Positions 30,552 through 40,650 of a stretch of 58,267 nucleotides of DNA are shown one piece after another. The stretch covers positions 1 through 58,267 of the forward strand of contig JABLTJ010000021.1 of NCBI GenBank assembly GCA_013166775.1. The letters are read 5' to 3'. The notes below the pieces were generated by a model. It saw only the letters and a list, made by a program, of their open reading frames with translations. It searched no databases and was not told where the DNA came from. The translations under genes and the position numbers were made by a program. Origin of the DNA: Promethearchaeati archaeon. Its GTDB lineage: Archaea; Asgardarchaeota; Heimdallarchaeia; Heimdallarchaeales; Heimdallarchaeaceae. How positions within the stretch are numbered: the first letter of the stretch is position 1; every line of letters starts with the position of its first letter.

Positions 30552-31347
30552 TTAAACTTTTATTTTGAATAAATCTCAAGGCAAATGTGCCAAACAATGC
30601 ATAAAGAAGAGGAAATACAAAAACAATCAAAGAATCTGATGGAAGAATAAGTGCTAGAACAAGACTTAGTACTAATGGAAATAAACATGAGAAAGCAATG
30701 AAAATGATAATATTATCCTCGATTAGCTTCATAGTTTTTTTAATTTTGAAAAGAAAATCTGGATCAGAATCTACAAAAAAATCTTCCCTCTTAATGTTTT
30801 GAAAAGCATTTTGATATTGTTTATTTAGAAAAATCTCCTTTCCCTCATCAATAATCGTGTTTTCATCTTCTCCTAGATTCATATTAAAAAGCATTTCTTG
30901 GAAGTATTTTTGATAATAATTATCAAAAGCACTACCTGAAATCAAAAATTCTATTGCTTTGGGAAATGAGTTTGAGGAGATCATGTTTATTGATAGAGAA
31001 TTAATAATTAAGAAAGCTGATTCATCAAACATTTGATGCCTTTTTATTATTGTTGAACGCAGATAATCACCAAAAACAAAAACATATGTAAAACAAACGA
31101 TTAAACTGATAGCGATTGTTAGAATGATATTAGCATAAGTTAAGAAATGAAAAATCAAAAAAAACAAAACCAATACAATGATAGCACTATTTCCAATAAA
31201 TCTGAGCTTAATTAGATCTTTCTCTGTAATAAAAAAATTAGAATACTTTCTTACTTTAGCTAAAATCATTTTATCAAGAAATTTCATTGGAAAGATACTG
31301 AATTGTCTGATATTAGATTTATAATTTGATTTGCTAAGGAAATTCAA
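30535..31347 (-). CDS. TadB/TadC (T2SSF-like) pilus platform membrane protein
   Basis: TM pairs flanking FLIINSLSINMIS..SFPKAI; overlaps its neighbour. Confidence 0.65.
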   Translation of the reverse strand: MNFLSKSNYKSNIRQFSIFPMKFLDKMILAKVRKYSNFFITEKDLIKLRFIGNSAIIVLVLFFLIFHFLTYANIILTIAISLIVCFTYVFVFGDYLRSTIIKRHQMFDESAFLIINSLSINMISSNSFPKAIEFLISGSAFDNYYQKYFQEMLFNMNLGEDENTIIDEGKEIFLNKQYQNAFQNIKREDFFVDSDPDFLFKIKKTMKLIEDNIIIFIAFSCLFPLVLSLVLALILPSDSLIVFVFPLLYALFGTFALRFIQNKSLSEKND

Positions 31348-31409
31348 TTTACCACCCTTTACTATCTAAATCACTGCATCTTGTTACCAGAGAGAGTAAA
31401 GAACTCAAT

Positions 31410-32828
31410 TCAACAACCAATATCTTCTACCCCTTGTAGATGTTCATTCTTCTGGAATTTTTGGTTTCTTTTTCTTATAGAGGTATAAAATTCCTTCAAC
31501 AATGACTTTTCTTTGATATTTTCAATAATTCTTTCATTATTTTCTTCAACATTGTAAATTCTAGTTAGAAAATCTTGATTAGGAGAATCTTCTCCAAATT
31601 CCTTGTTCACTTCGTAAATTTCGAATATTCTTCGTATAAACGAAAATTCAGTAATGTCTCTTTTCATTATAATTATGATATCAAGGGATAGGAAGTCTGA
31701 AGGTGATATCTTGTGCAAATTCTCCCATCTTCTCAAGATTTTGTGAATTGAATCAGAATGCGCTGTTTGGATTCCTTTTAATCCTGCATTTAATGCTTCA
31801 AACATTGCTTGTGTATGTTCTCGGGATTGGATCTCTCCAAGATAAATCCAATCTGGTGACCGATGAAGAAGTTTTAGAATCTCTGAAGTTTTAGTATGGT
31901 TTGCCTTATTAGATTCAAATGAATCAACTTGAATTGATAGATGTTTGTATCCTAAAGAAGATTGATCTATTGATTCAATTGCATCCTCTATAGCAATCTT
32001 CCGCCAGTTTTTTGGTGTATACAAATCTATTGCATTTGCTAGTGTTGTTTTCCCTGCATTGGGCTCTCCAATAACTGTAATGTTTCTTCTTCGTTTTACT
32101 GCTTCTACTAGGTATGCACCTATAATAGAAGGGAATGTTCCTAAGTTGACTAAATCAACTAAAGTCAATGGATTTGATTTCAGCTTTCTTATATTAAAAG
32201 TAGGTCCGTTAGGTGACAAGGGTGGAAAATCCATGGAAATTCTAAGATGAAAGAATTTTGTTTGAAATTCAACTTTCAAAGACGGTTTTTTTGGTGATAT
32301 AGATATTGGATGCTCTAATTTTAATCTTGTAAGGAGTCCTTCAATTTCATCTTCCTCAAGAATAATTTTAGTATTGCATCTTCCAAAATATTGGTGATCT
32401 AAATAGATTTGTGAGTTCTTCTGATCCATATATATTTCATTAACTGAATCATCAAGAAAGAGACACATTATTCTATCTAATTTTATCAAACGATAAATGA
32501 AGAGTTCTGCGAAAACATCAGGATTAATTGAAAGATTGTCTATTTCAAGAATTTTCCACATGCATATTGATTTGAGGGTTTCCAGAAGTTCATCAAATTT
32601 AAGAATCCCTTTACTCAATCTTTCTTTGTTTTTATAAATCAACGATGTTAATTCGGAGAAGAATAAAGGTTCTAAGGCAAAATCATAGAGGGGATTAGCA
32701 CTGTAATAAATAATCTTATTCTCCTTAATAATCTCTATTTTATATCCTTTTACAGAATACTCGCTTATGAGAGTACTAGAATCCAATACCTCTTTTAGCA
32801 AGCTATTACGACCATTCATTTCAATCAT
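31410..32828 (-). CDS. Type II/IV secretion ATPase (TadA/CpaF/ArlI-like)
   Basis: Walker A GEPNAGKT, AIEDAIE Asp box, LHRSPDWIYLGEI, QTAH. Confidence 0.92.
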   Translation of the reverse strand: MIEMNGRNSLLKEVLDSSTLISEYSVKGYKIEIIKENKIIYYSANPLYDFALEPLFFSELTSLIYKNKERLSKGILKFDELLETLKSICMWKILEIDNLSINPDVFAELFIYRLIKLDRIMCLFLDDSVNEIYMDQKNSQIYLDHQYFGRCNTKIILEEDEIEGLLTRLKLEHPISISPKKPSLKVEFQTKFFHLRISMDFPPLSPNGPTFNIRKLKSNPLTLVDLVNLGTFPSIIGAYLVEAVKRRRNITVIGEPNAGKTTLANAIDLYTPKNWRKIAIEDAIESIDQSSLGYKHLSIQVDSFESNKANHTKTSEILKLLHRSPDWIYLGEIQSREHTQAMFEALNAGLKGIQTAHSDSIHKILRRWENLHKISPSDFLSLDIIIIMKRDITEFSFIRRIFEIYEVNKEFGEDSPNQDFLTRIYNVEENNERIIENIKEKSLLKEFYTSIRKRNQKFQKNEHLQGVEDIGC

Positions 32829-32967
32829 TTGACATTAACTATTCTAGTGTTTAATATATCAACTCCACTTTTTTGTTATCAAAATTAGGATTGTTTTTCT
32901 TCTTCAAAAACTAGTAATAATGTAATAACTTTAAATAGAAAAAACTAATACTTGTTGGTGTGAGATA

Positions 32968-33939
32968 ATGGGTAGCAACTACGATGCAATGTGGACTGAA
33001 AAATACAGACCAAAATCTCTTGATGAACTTAAAGGTCATAAAGATATTATTTTACGTCTCAAAGGATTTGTTGAAAGAAGAAATCTACCACATCTTTTAT
33101 TAGCTGGACCTCCTGGAACTGGGAAAACCACCGCTTTATTAGCTTTAGCTAATGATTTATTCGGTTCGAACAATGTTGCACGTAACTTGCTAGAGATGAA
33201 TGCTTCAGATGATAGGGGGATTGATGCAATTAGGACCAAGGTAAAGGAATTCGCAAGAACCGCATCTTATGGGGGCGTTCCTTTCAAGATTATTTGTTTG
33301 GACGAAGCAGACAGTTTAACCTCTGCAGCACAACATGCTCTAAGAAGAACGATGGAAAGGTATGTAAAAACTAGTCGATTTGCCTTGATTTGTAATTATT
33401 CCAGCAAAATTATAGAACCAATACAATCTAGATGCGCCATCTTTAGATTCAAACCACTTGATGAAAAAAGCATGAAAGAATTTCTCATCCACATTTGTAA
33501 AAATGAAAATCTTGCATATGATAAGGAAGGAATAGATACTGTCCTTTATATCTCTGAAGGTGATTTAAGAAAGGCAATAAATATTCTTCAGTCTACTGCG
33601 GCCTCAGGAAAATCAATCGAGAGAGTTACTGTGTTGCAGACTGTTGGTCACGCAGACCCTGAAAGAATTAGAGAAATGTTATTGCATGCTTTAAAAAGTG
33701 ATTTTAACAAAGCTCGTGAGATATTACAACATCTAATTCTAGAATATGGACTATCCGGAACAGATGTAACATATCAAATCTACAGAGAAATTCCCTCTTT
33801 ATCGTTACCTGATTTACAAAAACTTGCTATTACAGAATTTTTGGCAGAAGTTGATTTTCGTATTTCTGAGGGTGCGTCTAGCAATATTCAATTGAGTGCA
33901 TTCTTAGCTAAACTTGTAAAGGATGGAAATAAGGAATAA
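32968..33939 (+). CDS. rfcS: Replication factor C small subunit
   Basis: WTEKYRP, GPPGTGKT, EMNASDDRG, LDEAD, SRC. Confidence 0.97.
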   Translation: MGSNYDAMWTEKYRPKSLDELKGHKDIILRLKGFVERRNLPHLLLAGPPGTGKTTALLALANDLFGSNNVARNLLEMNASDDRGIDAIRTKVKEFARTASYGGVPFKIICLDEADSLTSAAQHALRRTMERYVKTSRFALICNYSSKIIEPIQSRCAIFRFKPLDEKSMKEFLIHICKNENLAYDKEGIDTVLYISEGDLRKAINILQSTAASGKSIERVTVLQTVGHADPERIREMLLHALKSDFNKAREILQHLILEYGLSGTDVTYQIYREIPSLSLPDLQKLAITEFLAEVDFRISEGASSNIQLSAFLAKLVKDGNKE

Positions 33940-33943
33940 GAGA

Positions 33944-34795
33944 TCAAATTGAATCAGAAGCCTTGAAAAAATTGTAAAGTATAGAATTTATTGATAAATC
34001 TCTTTTGAAATCTAAAAACTCAATTTTCAGCTTTTCTAAGATAGATTTGGTTGCTTTTTCACTTTCTATCCATTTAATCTTCTCATAGAAATGTTCTACT
34101 AAAACTAAATTTCTAGGATCAGCAGGTGCTAAGTTAATTTCTTTTATCCTATCTTCAGAAGTCAACAAATATCTAGCATCTTGTAATTCTTCTGGTAATA
34201 GATTAAAATTGAGCACATAAGAAACGATTCTTCTTATTTGCTCCCATAAGAAGGATTGAGCAACAAATTCGAAGATAACATTATCGTTTTTTTCAAAGAT
34301 ATCTATCCTGCTAATTTCTCTATTTGTTACTCTATGATCTTTCCTACAGAATAGTCTAAAATCGTGCTTCCCTTCAAAAATTGAACAGATGTTCTTTAAT
34401 TCCTCTAAGGACAAATTAGATGTTTTTTTTACGTGGTCTGAAGGAAGAACATACCAATATTTCTTCCAACTACTAAATTTTGGTGAAAAAGCATCCTCAA
34501 CCTCTGCATATGCCCAACATATGATTGATTTATTTTTTGGTCCCACTGCGTTAATTTGGTCTAGTATTATTTCTTTCTCTGAATCAAACGCAAAAACATT
34601 TCCTACTGCATTAACAGATTTGTCAGTTCTACTTGCGCTTTTAAAATTGTTTATTTTTACATTTTGAATATGGTTTGATTTCTTCAACATTGTAACAATT
34701 CTTCCTTCTATTGTCGTGATATTTGGTTGCCTTTGATAACCAAAATAGTTTTTTCCCTCATAAAAAACTCTCACTAAATATCTCATCCTTTTCAT
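33944..34795 (-). CDS. truA: tRNA pseudouridine(38-40) synthase; the start is likely 34795 or 34786 because the track start overlaps the tRNA
   Basis: YEGKNYFGYQRQP, ASRTDKSVNA, GKHDF, SFLWEQIRRIV. Confidence 0.92.
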   Translation of the reverse strand: MKRMRYLVRVFYEGKNYFGYQRQPNITTIEGRIVTMLKKSNHIQNVKINNFKSASRTDKSVNAVGNVFAFDSEKEIILDQINAVGPKNKSIICWAYAEVEDAFSPKFSSWKKYWYVLPSDHVKKTSNLSLEELKNICSIFEGKHDFRLFCRKDHRVTNREISRIDIFEKNDNVIFEFVAQSFLWEQIRRIVSYVLNFNLLPEELQDARYLLTSEDRIKEINLAPADPRNLVLVEHFYEKIKWIESEKATKSILEKLKIEFLDFKRDLSINSILYNFFKASDSI

Positions 34796-34878
34796 GTTCT
34801 TTCCTTCTGAAAGAAATAAAAGTCTACTGTATCCAGAAGAAAAAATTAAAGAACTCATATTAATTTCGGTATTATACT

Positions 34879-34956
34879 GCCTCGATGGTGTAGCTCGGCC
34901 AATCATTGCGGACTCTCACTCCGCAGACCCGGGTTCAAATCCCGGTCGAGGCACCA
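34879..34956 (+). tRNA. tRNA-Glu(CTC), CCA encoded
   Basis: Acceptor GCCTCGA/TCGAGGC; anticodon arm GCGGA-CTCTCAC-TCCGC. Confidence 0.95.
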
Positions 34957-34970
34957 AATTCTTATTCTAT

Positions 34971-35270
34971 TTAATTTCTCTCCCAAATCCTGAATAATTG
35001 CTTTAAGGAATGCGCTAGAACATTGTTTTCATCGAATTGATATATTAATATTCGGCCAAATTTCTTTTCTCTAATTAAACCAACTTCAGTCAAAAATTTG
35101 AGATGATCTTTAACTGCTGTATGATTTAGGTTAATAGTTCGAGAAATCGCTGATATATTTAGTTCTCCTAATTCCGCTAGTAATTTTAGAATTCTCACTC
35201 TTCCTTTGGATGATAAAACATCTTCTATAGCAAGACCAGTTAGATTACCGTTTTGGTTTTGTTTATTCAT
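34971..35270 (-). CDS. ArsR-like winged-helix protein
   Basis: LSSKGRVRILKLL...LNISAISR...HLKFL..VGLI. Confidence 0.85.
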   Translation of the reverse strand: MNKQNQNGNLTGLAIEDVLSSKGRVRILKLLAELGELNISAISRTINLNHTAVKDHLKFLTEVGLIREKKFGRILIYQFDENNVLAHSLKQLFRIWERN

Positions 35271-35307
35271 CTTCTTCTACTTCCTCGTTTACATAAATCA
35301 AGCTAAT

Positions 35308-36522
35308 TTACATGTGCTCTATTGTTTTCTTCTGGCTCTCAATTGCTTTCATAAGAAATAGTTCAATAGTTTCGACAGATATATCTGGAATGCTTATCAG
35401 CGTTGTTTTCCCCCTCATGCCCTCTCCTGATATCTTTGTACTAATAACATCTTGTTTTGATAATTCTTTAAGATAGGTCCAAATTTGTGTGTGTTTTCTT
35501 GGTTCTTCATTATACTCTTCACATACAAGTTTGTATGAACTTATAGCGTCATTAGTTGATATGTAAGCGTTTTTTGTATGTTTTAATTTTCTAATAGTAG
35601 CAAGAAGTATTAATTTTTGGTGAAGAGATAATGTCAAAATTACTTCTCTCCTAATCTCTGGATGAATAAGAGCTTTTGCCTTTCTAACATGATCAGGATA
35701 TAGAATTGGTGAATTCTCATCATCCGAACATTGACCAGCTCCCCAGAGAAGCTCGATGGCATACCTTGCATCACCGGATTTACTGGAGATGTCTGCAATC
35801 AATTCAATTGCATCTTCAGTAATAGTGCCATCATAAAATGCTAGTTCTGATCTTGATTTTATAATATCTTTCAGATCAGTTTCACTATATTTGTCTAGAG
35901 ATATGTGATTAGATTGAAAGCTACTTTGAGTACTTGCATCAAGTTGATGAATAAAGTTAAGATTCCTTGCAACAAAAATGTAAGAAATCCACTGTTTTTC
36001 AGTCATTTCACTAATACGTAATAGAACATAAAGAAAATCAGTTCCTGAACGGGAAATTAAGTAATCAATCTCATCTAGAACCAGCAATACTTTTACTGAA
36101 TAGAAATCTAATAATCTAATAAGGAGAGATTGCAGCTCTTCAAATGAATATCCTCTTGGTGGTATTGCTTTGTTTAATTTCCTTGCTAAAGTACTAACAA
36201 TCAAATAGGGACTTTTGTATATTCGGCAATTTATGTAGACAAAAAGAAAATTATTTTGTTTGTCAATATTTTGAAGTAATTGTCCAAATCTCTTTGCTAG
36301 TGTTGTTTTTCCTGAACCTGTGGGGCCTGTTATGCAGACTTTTCTTAAAGGCTCATCTTGGGGTTCAAATATAGTTTTAAAATACTTGGCAAGCGTTCGC
36401 AGTTCTTCTTCTCTGTGTGGTAGGTATGGTGGAATATAAGTAACTGACAAACAGCTTATGTTTTTGAACACAGTTGGTTTTTTGATTAATGATTTAAAGA
36501 ATTCCTCATCAGATGTATTCAT
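35308..36522 (-). CDS. cdc6: Cdc6/Orc1 replication initiator (ATG after SD GAGGTGAG)
   Basis: YIPPYLPHREEE, GPTGSGKT, YINC, LVLDEID, GDARYAI, C-terminal wH GMRGKT. Confidence 0.95.
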   Translation of the reverse strand: MNTSDEEFFKSLIKKPTVFKNISCLSVTYIPPYLPHREEELRTLAKYFKTIFEPQDEPLRKVCITGPTGSGKTTLAKRFGQLLQNIDKQNNFLFVYINCRIYKSPYLIVSTLARKLNKAIPPRGYSFEELQSLLIRLLDFYSVKVLLVLDEIDYLISRSGTDFLYVLLRISEMTEKQWISYIFVARNLNFIHQLDASTQSSFQSNHISLDKYSETDLKDIIKSRSELAFYDGTITEDAIELIADISSKSGDARYAIELLWGAGQCSDDENSPILYPDHVRKAKALIHPEIRREVILTLSLHQKLILLATIRKLKHTKNAYISTNDAISSYKLVCEEYNEEPRKHTQIWTYLKELSKQDVISTKISGEGMRGKTTLISIPDISVETIELFLMKAIESQKKTIEHM

Positions 36523-36778
36523 CGTACTCACCTCTAAAGCAATCAAGTGAAATTCCTATTTATACTTACTAGACAGACATCTCTGAAAGTGATTTAGAAT
36601 CTTGTTTTTACTTTCGCTTTAGTACGAAGTTTAATTACTTCTATTCTACAGTTTTCATTATTTTAAAATCCTTTATTACATTTGCAAGTGTTTGAAACTG
36701 GATAAGCTACTTACTTTTGCTATGAAACCTCTGTCGATAAAGTTAAAAATCCATAGTATGGGTCTTATACTAAAACAT

Positions 36779-36863
36779 GTGGAGATTGCCGAGTGGTCAA
36801 AGGCGCTAGAATGAGGATCTAGTCCTTAGTGGTTCGGGAGTTCGAATCTCCCTCTCCGCACCA
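36779..36863 (+). tRNA. tRNA-Leu(GAG), CCA encoded
   Basis: Long variable arm; CTAGA-ATGAGGA-TCTAG anticodon arm. Confidence 0.94.
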
Positions 36864-36923
36864 TTTATCGATTCTATTTTAATTACTTAAGCTATGAAAA
36901 TAGGACACAAATTGCTACAGAAT

Positions 36924-37100
36924 TTAACTAAATAAATCTCCGAAAGAAATAGTAGTCCAGTCTATCAAATTAAAAATTAGACCAAAAATAATTGCAAAAA
37001 TGAGAATCGCAATACCTATGAGTAATATTTCCTCTAATATTGGAGATCCTCTCTTTCCCTTAATTCTGAAACAGTGGAGTATTTTTAAAAACATCAGCAT
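36924..37100 (-). CDS. Minimal Flp-like type IV pilin with a class III signal peptide
   Basis: KGKRG^SPILEE (Glu at +5) followed by a hydrophobic helix; ~40-aa mature peptide; start uncertain. Confidence 0.75.
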   Translation of the reverse strand: MLMFLKILHCFRIKGKRGSPILEEILLIGIAILIFAIIFGLIFNLIDWTTISFGDLFS

Positions 37101-37302
37101 AGTTCTCAATTTATATCAAAACTTACTTATAAAAACTCCACAAAACAAAAGTATCTGCATAAGAAATCTATTTTACTTTTCTTATGATATAAGGAATAAA
37201 CTTTATTTTCCGAAAATTCTATTAAAAAGACTTGAACATGGAAAACCTTTTTTATAATTAAACTCGGAAGCGATATAGTATCAACCTTAATCGGGTGTTA
37301 TA

Positions 37303-38136
37303 ATGGATATTGAACTTATTGAATTATTTCCTAATTCCATCAAATTCATCTTGTCAGATGTGTCATTGGCGTTTGCAAATGCAATAAGACGAACATCTTT
37401 AGCGGATGTTCCATCTCTTGTTATAGAAGATGTTTATGTTTTAAGAAACACGTCACCTTTATTTGATGAATTTATAGCACACAGATTGGGATTGATTCCC
37501 CTAAAATACGATCCAAAGAAACTTGAATTAAATTTCAGAGATAAGTGCGATTGTGGGGGCATAGGTTGCAATTTGTGCACAGTTACTTTGACTCTTTCAA
37601 AAGAAACCGATAATCAAACAACATCCGTTGCTTACAGTGAAGATCTTGCATCTACACAAGAGGGAGTTGATCCTATTAGTCCTACTATTCCAATTGTAAA
37701 ATTAGGACCAAATCAGGCACTAGAACTTGAATGCATGGCTCAGCTTGGAATTGGTAAAGAACATGCAAAATGGCAACCTGTATCAGCTATGGGTTACCAA
37801 GAGTTTCCTATTCCTAAAATCAATAAGGATAAATGTAATAAATGTTCAGATTGTATAGATGCCTGCTATACCGGTGTTTACCAGAAAGTTGGTGATGAGG
37901 TACAAGTAGTAAATCCTCTTAATTGCACTTTATGTAATTACTGTCTTGATTTCTGTGAACCGGGAGCTATTACAATTAAGAAGGATTCAAACAAAGTAAT
38001 TTTCTCATTTACAACAACTGGGGGTAAGGGTCCATCAGCTGTTCTAAAAGAAGCTGGCGATATACTTCTCTCCAAAATCGACGAATTCAAAAAGAGTTTG
38101 GAAACAACATTAATAGAAGAAGAAAAAGACAAGTAG
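37303..38136 (+). CDS. rpoD: RNA polymerase subunit D (Rpo3) with a ferredoxin-like domain
   Basis: ANAIRR, DEFIAHRLGLIP, GKEHAKW, CxxCxxC...C motifs. Confidence 0.97.
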   Translation: MDIELIELFPNSIKFILSDVSLAFANAIRRTSLADVPSLVIEDVYVLRNTSPLFDEFIAHRLGLIPLKYDPKKLELNFRDKCDCGGIGCNLCTVTLTLSKETDNQTTSVAYSEDLASTQEGVDPISPTIPIVKLGPNQALELECMAQLGIGKEHAKWQPVSAMGYQEFPIPKINKDKCNKCSDCIDACYTGVYQKVGDEVQVVNPLNCTLCNYCLDFCEPGAITIKKDSNKVIFSFTTTGGKGPSAVLKEAGDILLSKIDEFKKSLETTLIEEEKDK

Positions 38137-38148
38137 AGTGAACTGGAA

Positions 38149-38514
38149 ATGCCAAAAAGAACTGGTCCAACTGATCCAAATTTAGTTGATTTAATTAATA
38201 ATTTAAAAAAGAAATCAGCAGAAACTAAAATTGCTTTATGGAAGACTATAGCAGAGAGACTGGAAAAATCGAGACGACAAAGAGCTGCAACTAATCTCAG
38301 TAAAATTAACAGATATACAAAAGTAAATGATATAATAGTAGTACCAGGCTCAGTTTTGAGTTCTGGTTCTTTGAATCATTCAGTTACAATAGCTGCATTA
38401 AAGTTCTCTGAAGGTGCAAAAGAGAAGATTCAAGCAGCTGGTAGCAAGTTCATGTCAATTCAAGAGCTGCTAGATTCCAAACATGAAGCAAAGAAAATTA
38501 AGATTATAATTTAA
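38149..38514 (+). CDS. rpl18e: Ribosomal protein eL18
   Basis: TGPTDP, NLSKINR, VVPGSVL. Confidence 0.95.
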   Translation: MPKRTGPTDPNLVDLINNLKKKSAETKIALWKTIAERLEKSRRQRAATNLSKINRYTKVNDIIVVPGSVLSSGSLNHSVTIAALKFSEGAKEKIQAAGSKFMSIQELLDSKHEAKKIKIII

Positions 38515-38529
38515 ATGAGGTAAACAAAA

Positions 38530-39000
38530 ATGTCAAAGAACGTTAAGAGTGTAGAACTTCAAGTATCTGCTCCTAAACTTTATGTTGATGCAGAAAATGC
38601 TATTTTAGGAAGACTATGCTCAGAGGTAGCTAAATATCTTCTTGAAGGAAATTCGGTTAACATTGTTAATTGTGAAAAAGCTATTATTTCTGGGAAAAAG
38701 CATTCAATTTTAAGAGAATATAGAGATATTCAAAAAATACATACTCACACAAATCCTAGAAGAGGACCATTTCATCCTAAAAGACCAGATAGAATAGTAA
38801 GAAGGACTGTTAGGGGAATGCTTCCGTGGAAAAAAAGCAAAGGCAAAGCTGCTTTTCACAGATTAATGACCTTTATAGGAGTACCTGAGGAATTCAAAGG
38901 TGCAGAGATAATAAAACCAAGATTCTCTGATGCTGATAAACTAAACTGTAAAAAAGTTACAGTCGGTGAACTCTGCAAAGAATTTGGTTGGGAAGAATAA
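38530..39000 (+). CDS. rpl13: Ribosomal protein uL13
   Basis: DAENAILGRL, RGPFHP, RRTVRGMLP. Confidence 0.97.
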   Translation: MSKNVKSVELQVSAPKLYVDAENAILGRLCSEVAKYLLEGNSVNIVNCEKAIISGKKHSILREYRDIQKIHTHTNPRRGPFHPKRPDRIVRRTVRGMLPWKKSKGKAAFHRLMTFIGVPEEFKGAEIIKPRFSDADKLNCKKVTVGELCKEFGWEE

Positions 39001-39006
39001 ATTTAG

Positions 39007-39420
39007 GTGAAAAAAATGGGAAAAGTCATTGTATCTTCTGGAAAAAGAAAAACTGCAATTGCACGAGCAACACTAAAAAAAGGAAAAGGCAGGATAAGAA
39101 TTAATGGTGTTCCTCTTGAAATTCTATCAAATGAATTAAGTAGGGTGAAAATCAATGAAGTTTTTATTTTAGCAGGTGCAGACAGAAGAGAAGCACTCGA
39201 TATCAAAGTGAAAGTAAAGGGAGGAGGATTTATGGGTCAAGCTGAGGCTATTAGAACAGCAATTGCAAGAGGATTAATAGAATATTTTGAAGATACAAGC
39301 TTGAAGGAAAAGTTTGTTGTTTATGATAAGACAATAGTTTCTGGAGATCCTAGAAGAACTGAACCAAAGCACTTTGGGGGACGTAGTTCAAGATCAAGAT
39401 TTCAAAAATCTTATCGATAA
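39007..39420 (+). CDS. rps9: Ribosomal protein uS9
   Basis: [16 protein letters not shown], ends QKSYR. Confidence 0.97.
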   Translation: MKKMGKVIVSSGKRKTAIARATLKKGKGRIRINGVPLEILSNELSRVKINEVFILAGADRREALDIKVKVKGGGFMGQAEAIRTAIARGLIEYFEDTSLKEKFVVYDKTIVSGDPRRTEPKHFGGRSSRSRFQKSYR

Positions 39421-39455
39421 CTTTTTTTTCTTTTACTTCTTTCTATATACATCTT

Positions 39456-40493
39456 ATGACAAAAATAATAGATTGTTCAATGGGTGAGGGCGGAGGATCT
39501 ATTGTAAGAATCTCTATTGCCCTAGCAGCTCTGACAAATATTTCTTTGAAACTTATAAACATAAGAGCAAAACGATCCAATCCTGGTTTAAGAGCTCAGC
39601 ATTTAGAAGCTATTAATGCAATACAACAATTATCAGGTATGTCCGTAGAGGGTGCAAGAATAGGAAGTCAAACAGTATATATTGAAGAGGGATTTAAGCC
39701 AAAAGATGATGCATTGGTAAATATTAAGACAGCGGGAAGTATTTCATTAGTTTCACAAGCAGTCTTATATTATTCATTTATTCAGAAGAGAAACATAAAA
39801 TTAAAAATAGAGGGGGGAGCAACGCATGGAAAATGGGCGCCTTCAATAGAATATATGGAGAATGTGACACATGCTATATTAAAGCTTATGAATAAGAAAA
39901 TATATACAGAACACCGTAAATTTGGTTTCTTTCCAAAGGGTGGAGCTGAAATCACTATCAAGTATGATAAACATGAAAATCCTTTACCTCTTATTTTATC
40001 AGAAAGAGGTGAATTAGAGGAAATTAGGGGATATTCTACAGCTTCTATGAGTCTTAAAAGTAGAAAAGTTGCAGAAAGACAACTTGATTCATTTATTAAA
40101 AAAGCAAATCCACATGTTGAAGTTACTCCAATAATCAAATATGTTGATAGCATCAGCCCAGGTTCTGGTTTAACTATAGTAAGTCAATATTCAAATGGCT
40201 CCAAAAAAGGAAATTTTGTTCCAGGGGAAAAACATCTCTCAGCAGAGCGTGTTGGAGAAATTTGTAGCACAAAATGGAAAAAAATGGAAAAAGGCACTGG
40301 AGCAATTGATGTTCATGCAGCAGATCAGCTTATAGTTCCTATGGCATTAGTTGAAGATAATTCTGAAATAACAGCAGACGAAATATCAAATCATACAAGA
40401 ACGAACATTGAGTTAATTCAAAAATTCTTTCAAAAAACAATTACAATCAAAAAAGAGACCAATCACTATTCTCTTGTCATAAAAGACCTGTAG
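39456..40493 (+). CDS. rtcA: RNA 3'-terminal phosphate cyclase
   Basis: GEGGG, R.NPGLRAQH, GFFPKGG, ADQL, catalytic-His motif SNHTRTN. Confidence 0.92.
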   Translation: MTKIIDCSMGEGGGSIVRISIALAALTNISLKLINIRAKRSNPGLRAQHLEAINAIQQLSGMSVEGARIGSQTVYIEEGFKPKDDALVNIKTAGSISLVSQAVLYYSFIQKRNIKLKIEGGATHGKWAPSIEYMENVTHAILKLMNKKIYTEHRKFGFFPKGGAEITIKYDKHENPLPLILSERGELEEIRGYSTASMSLKSRKVAERQLDSFIKKANPHVEVTPIIKYVDSISPGSGLTIVSQYSNGSKKGNFVPGEKHLSAERVGEICSTKWKKMEKGTGAIDVHAADQLIVPMALVEDNSEITADEISNHTRTNIELIQKFFQKTITIKKETNHYSLVIKDL

Positions 40494-40650
40494 ATTTTTA
40501 ACATTGTAATAGCATAAACTCTTTCTTAACGACATATTTATATGAGGTTAAAAAAGTCGGAATACAACTTTAAGGAGCATAAGTTGCTCAAATTCAAAAA
40601 ACGAATTAAAGTAAAATAACTCAAAAAATTAAAGATTAAAGTGATTTATA

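Noticed and set aside
34796-34997. N-terminal extension of TruA to 34906 and ORF 34794-34997
   Set aside because: Both overlap tRNA-Glu; TruA homology begins at MRYLVRVFYEG.
36547-36778. Replication origin upstream of cdc6
   Set aside because: The region is AT-rich, but there is only one partial ORB-like match (TCCAGTTTCAAAC on the minus strand near 36690-36702) and no repeated ORBs or G-strings.
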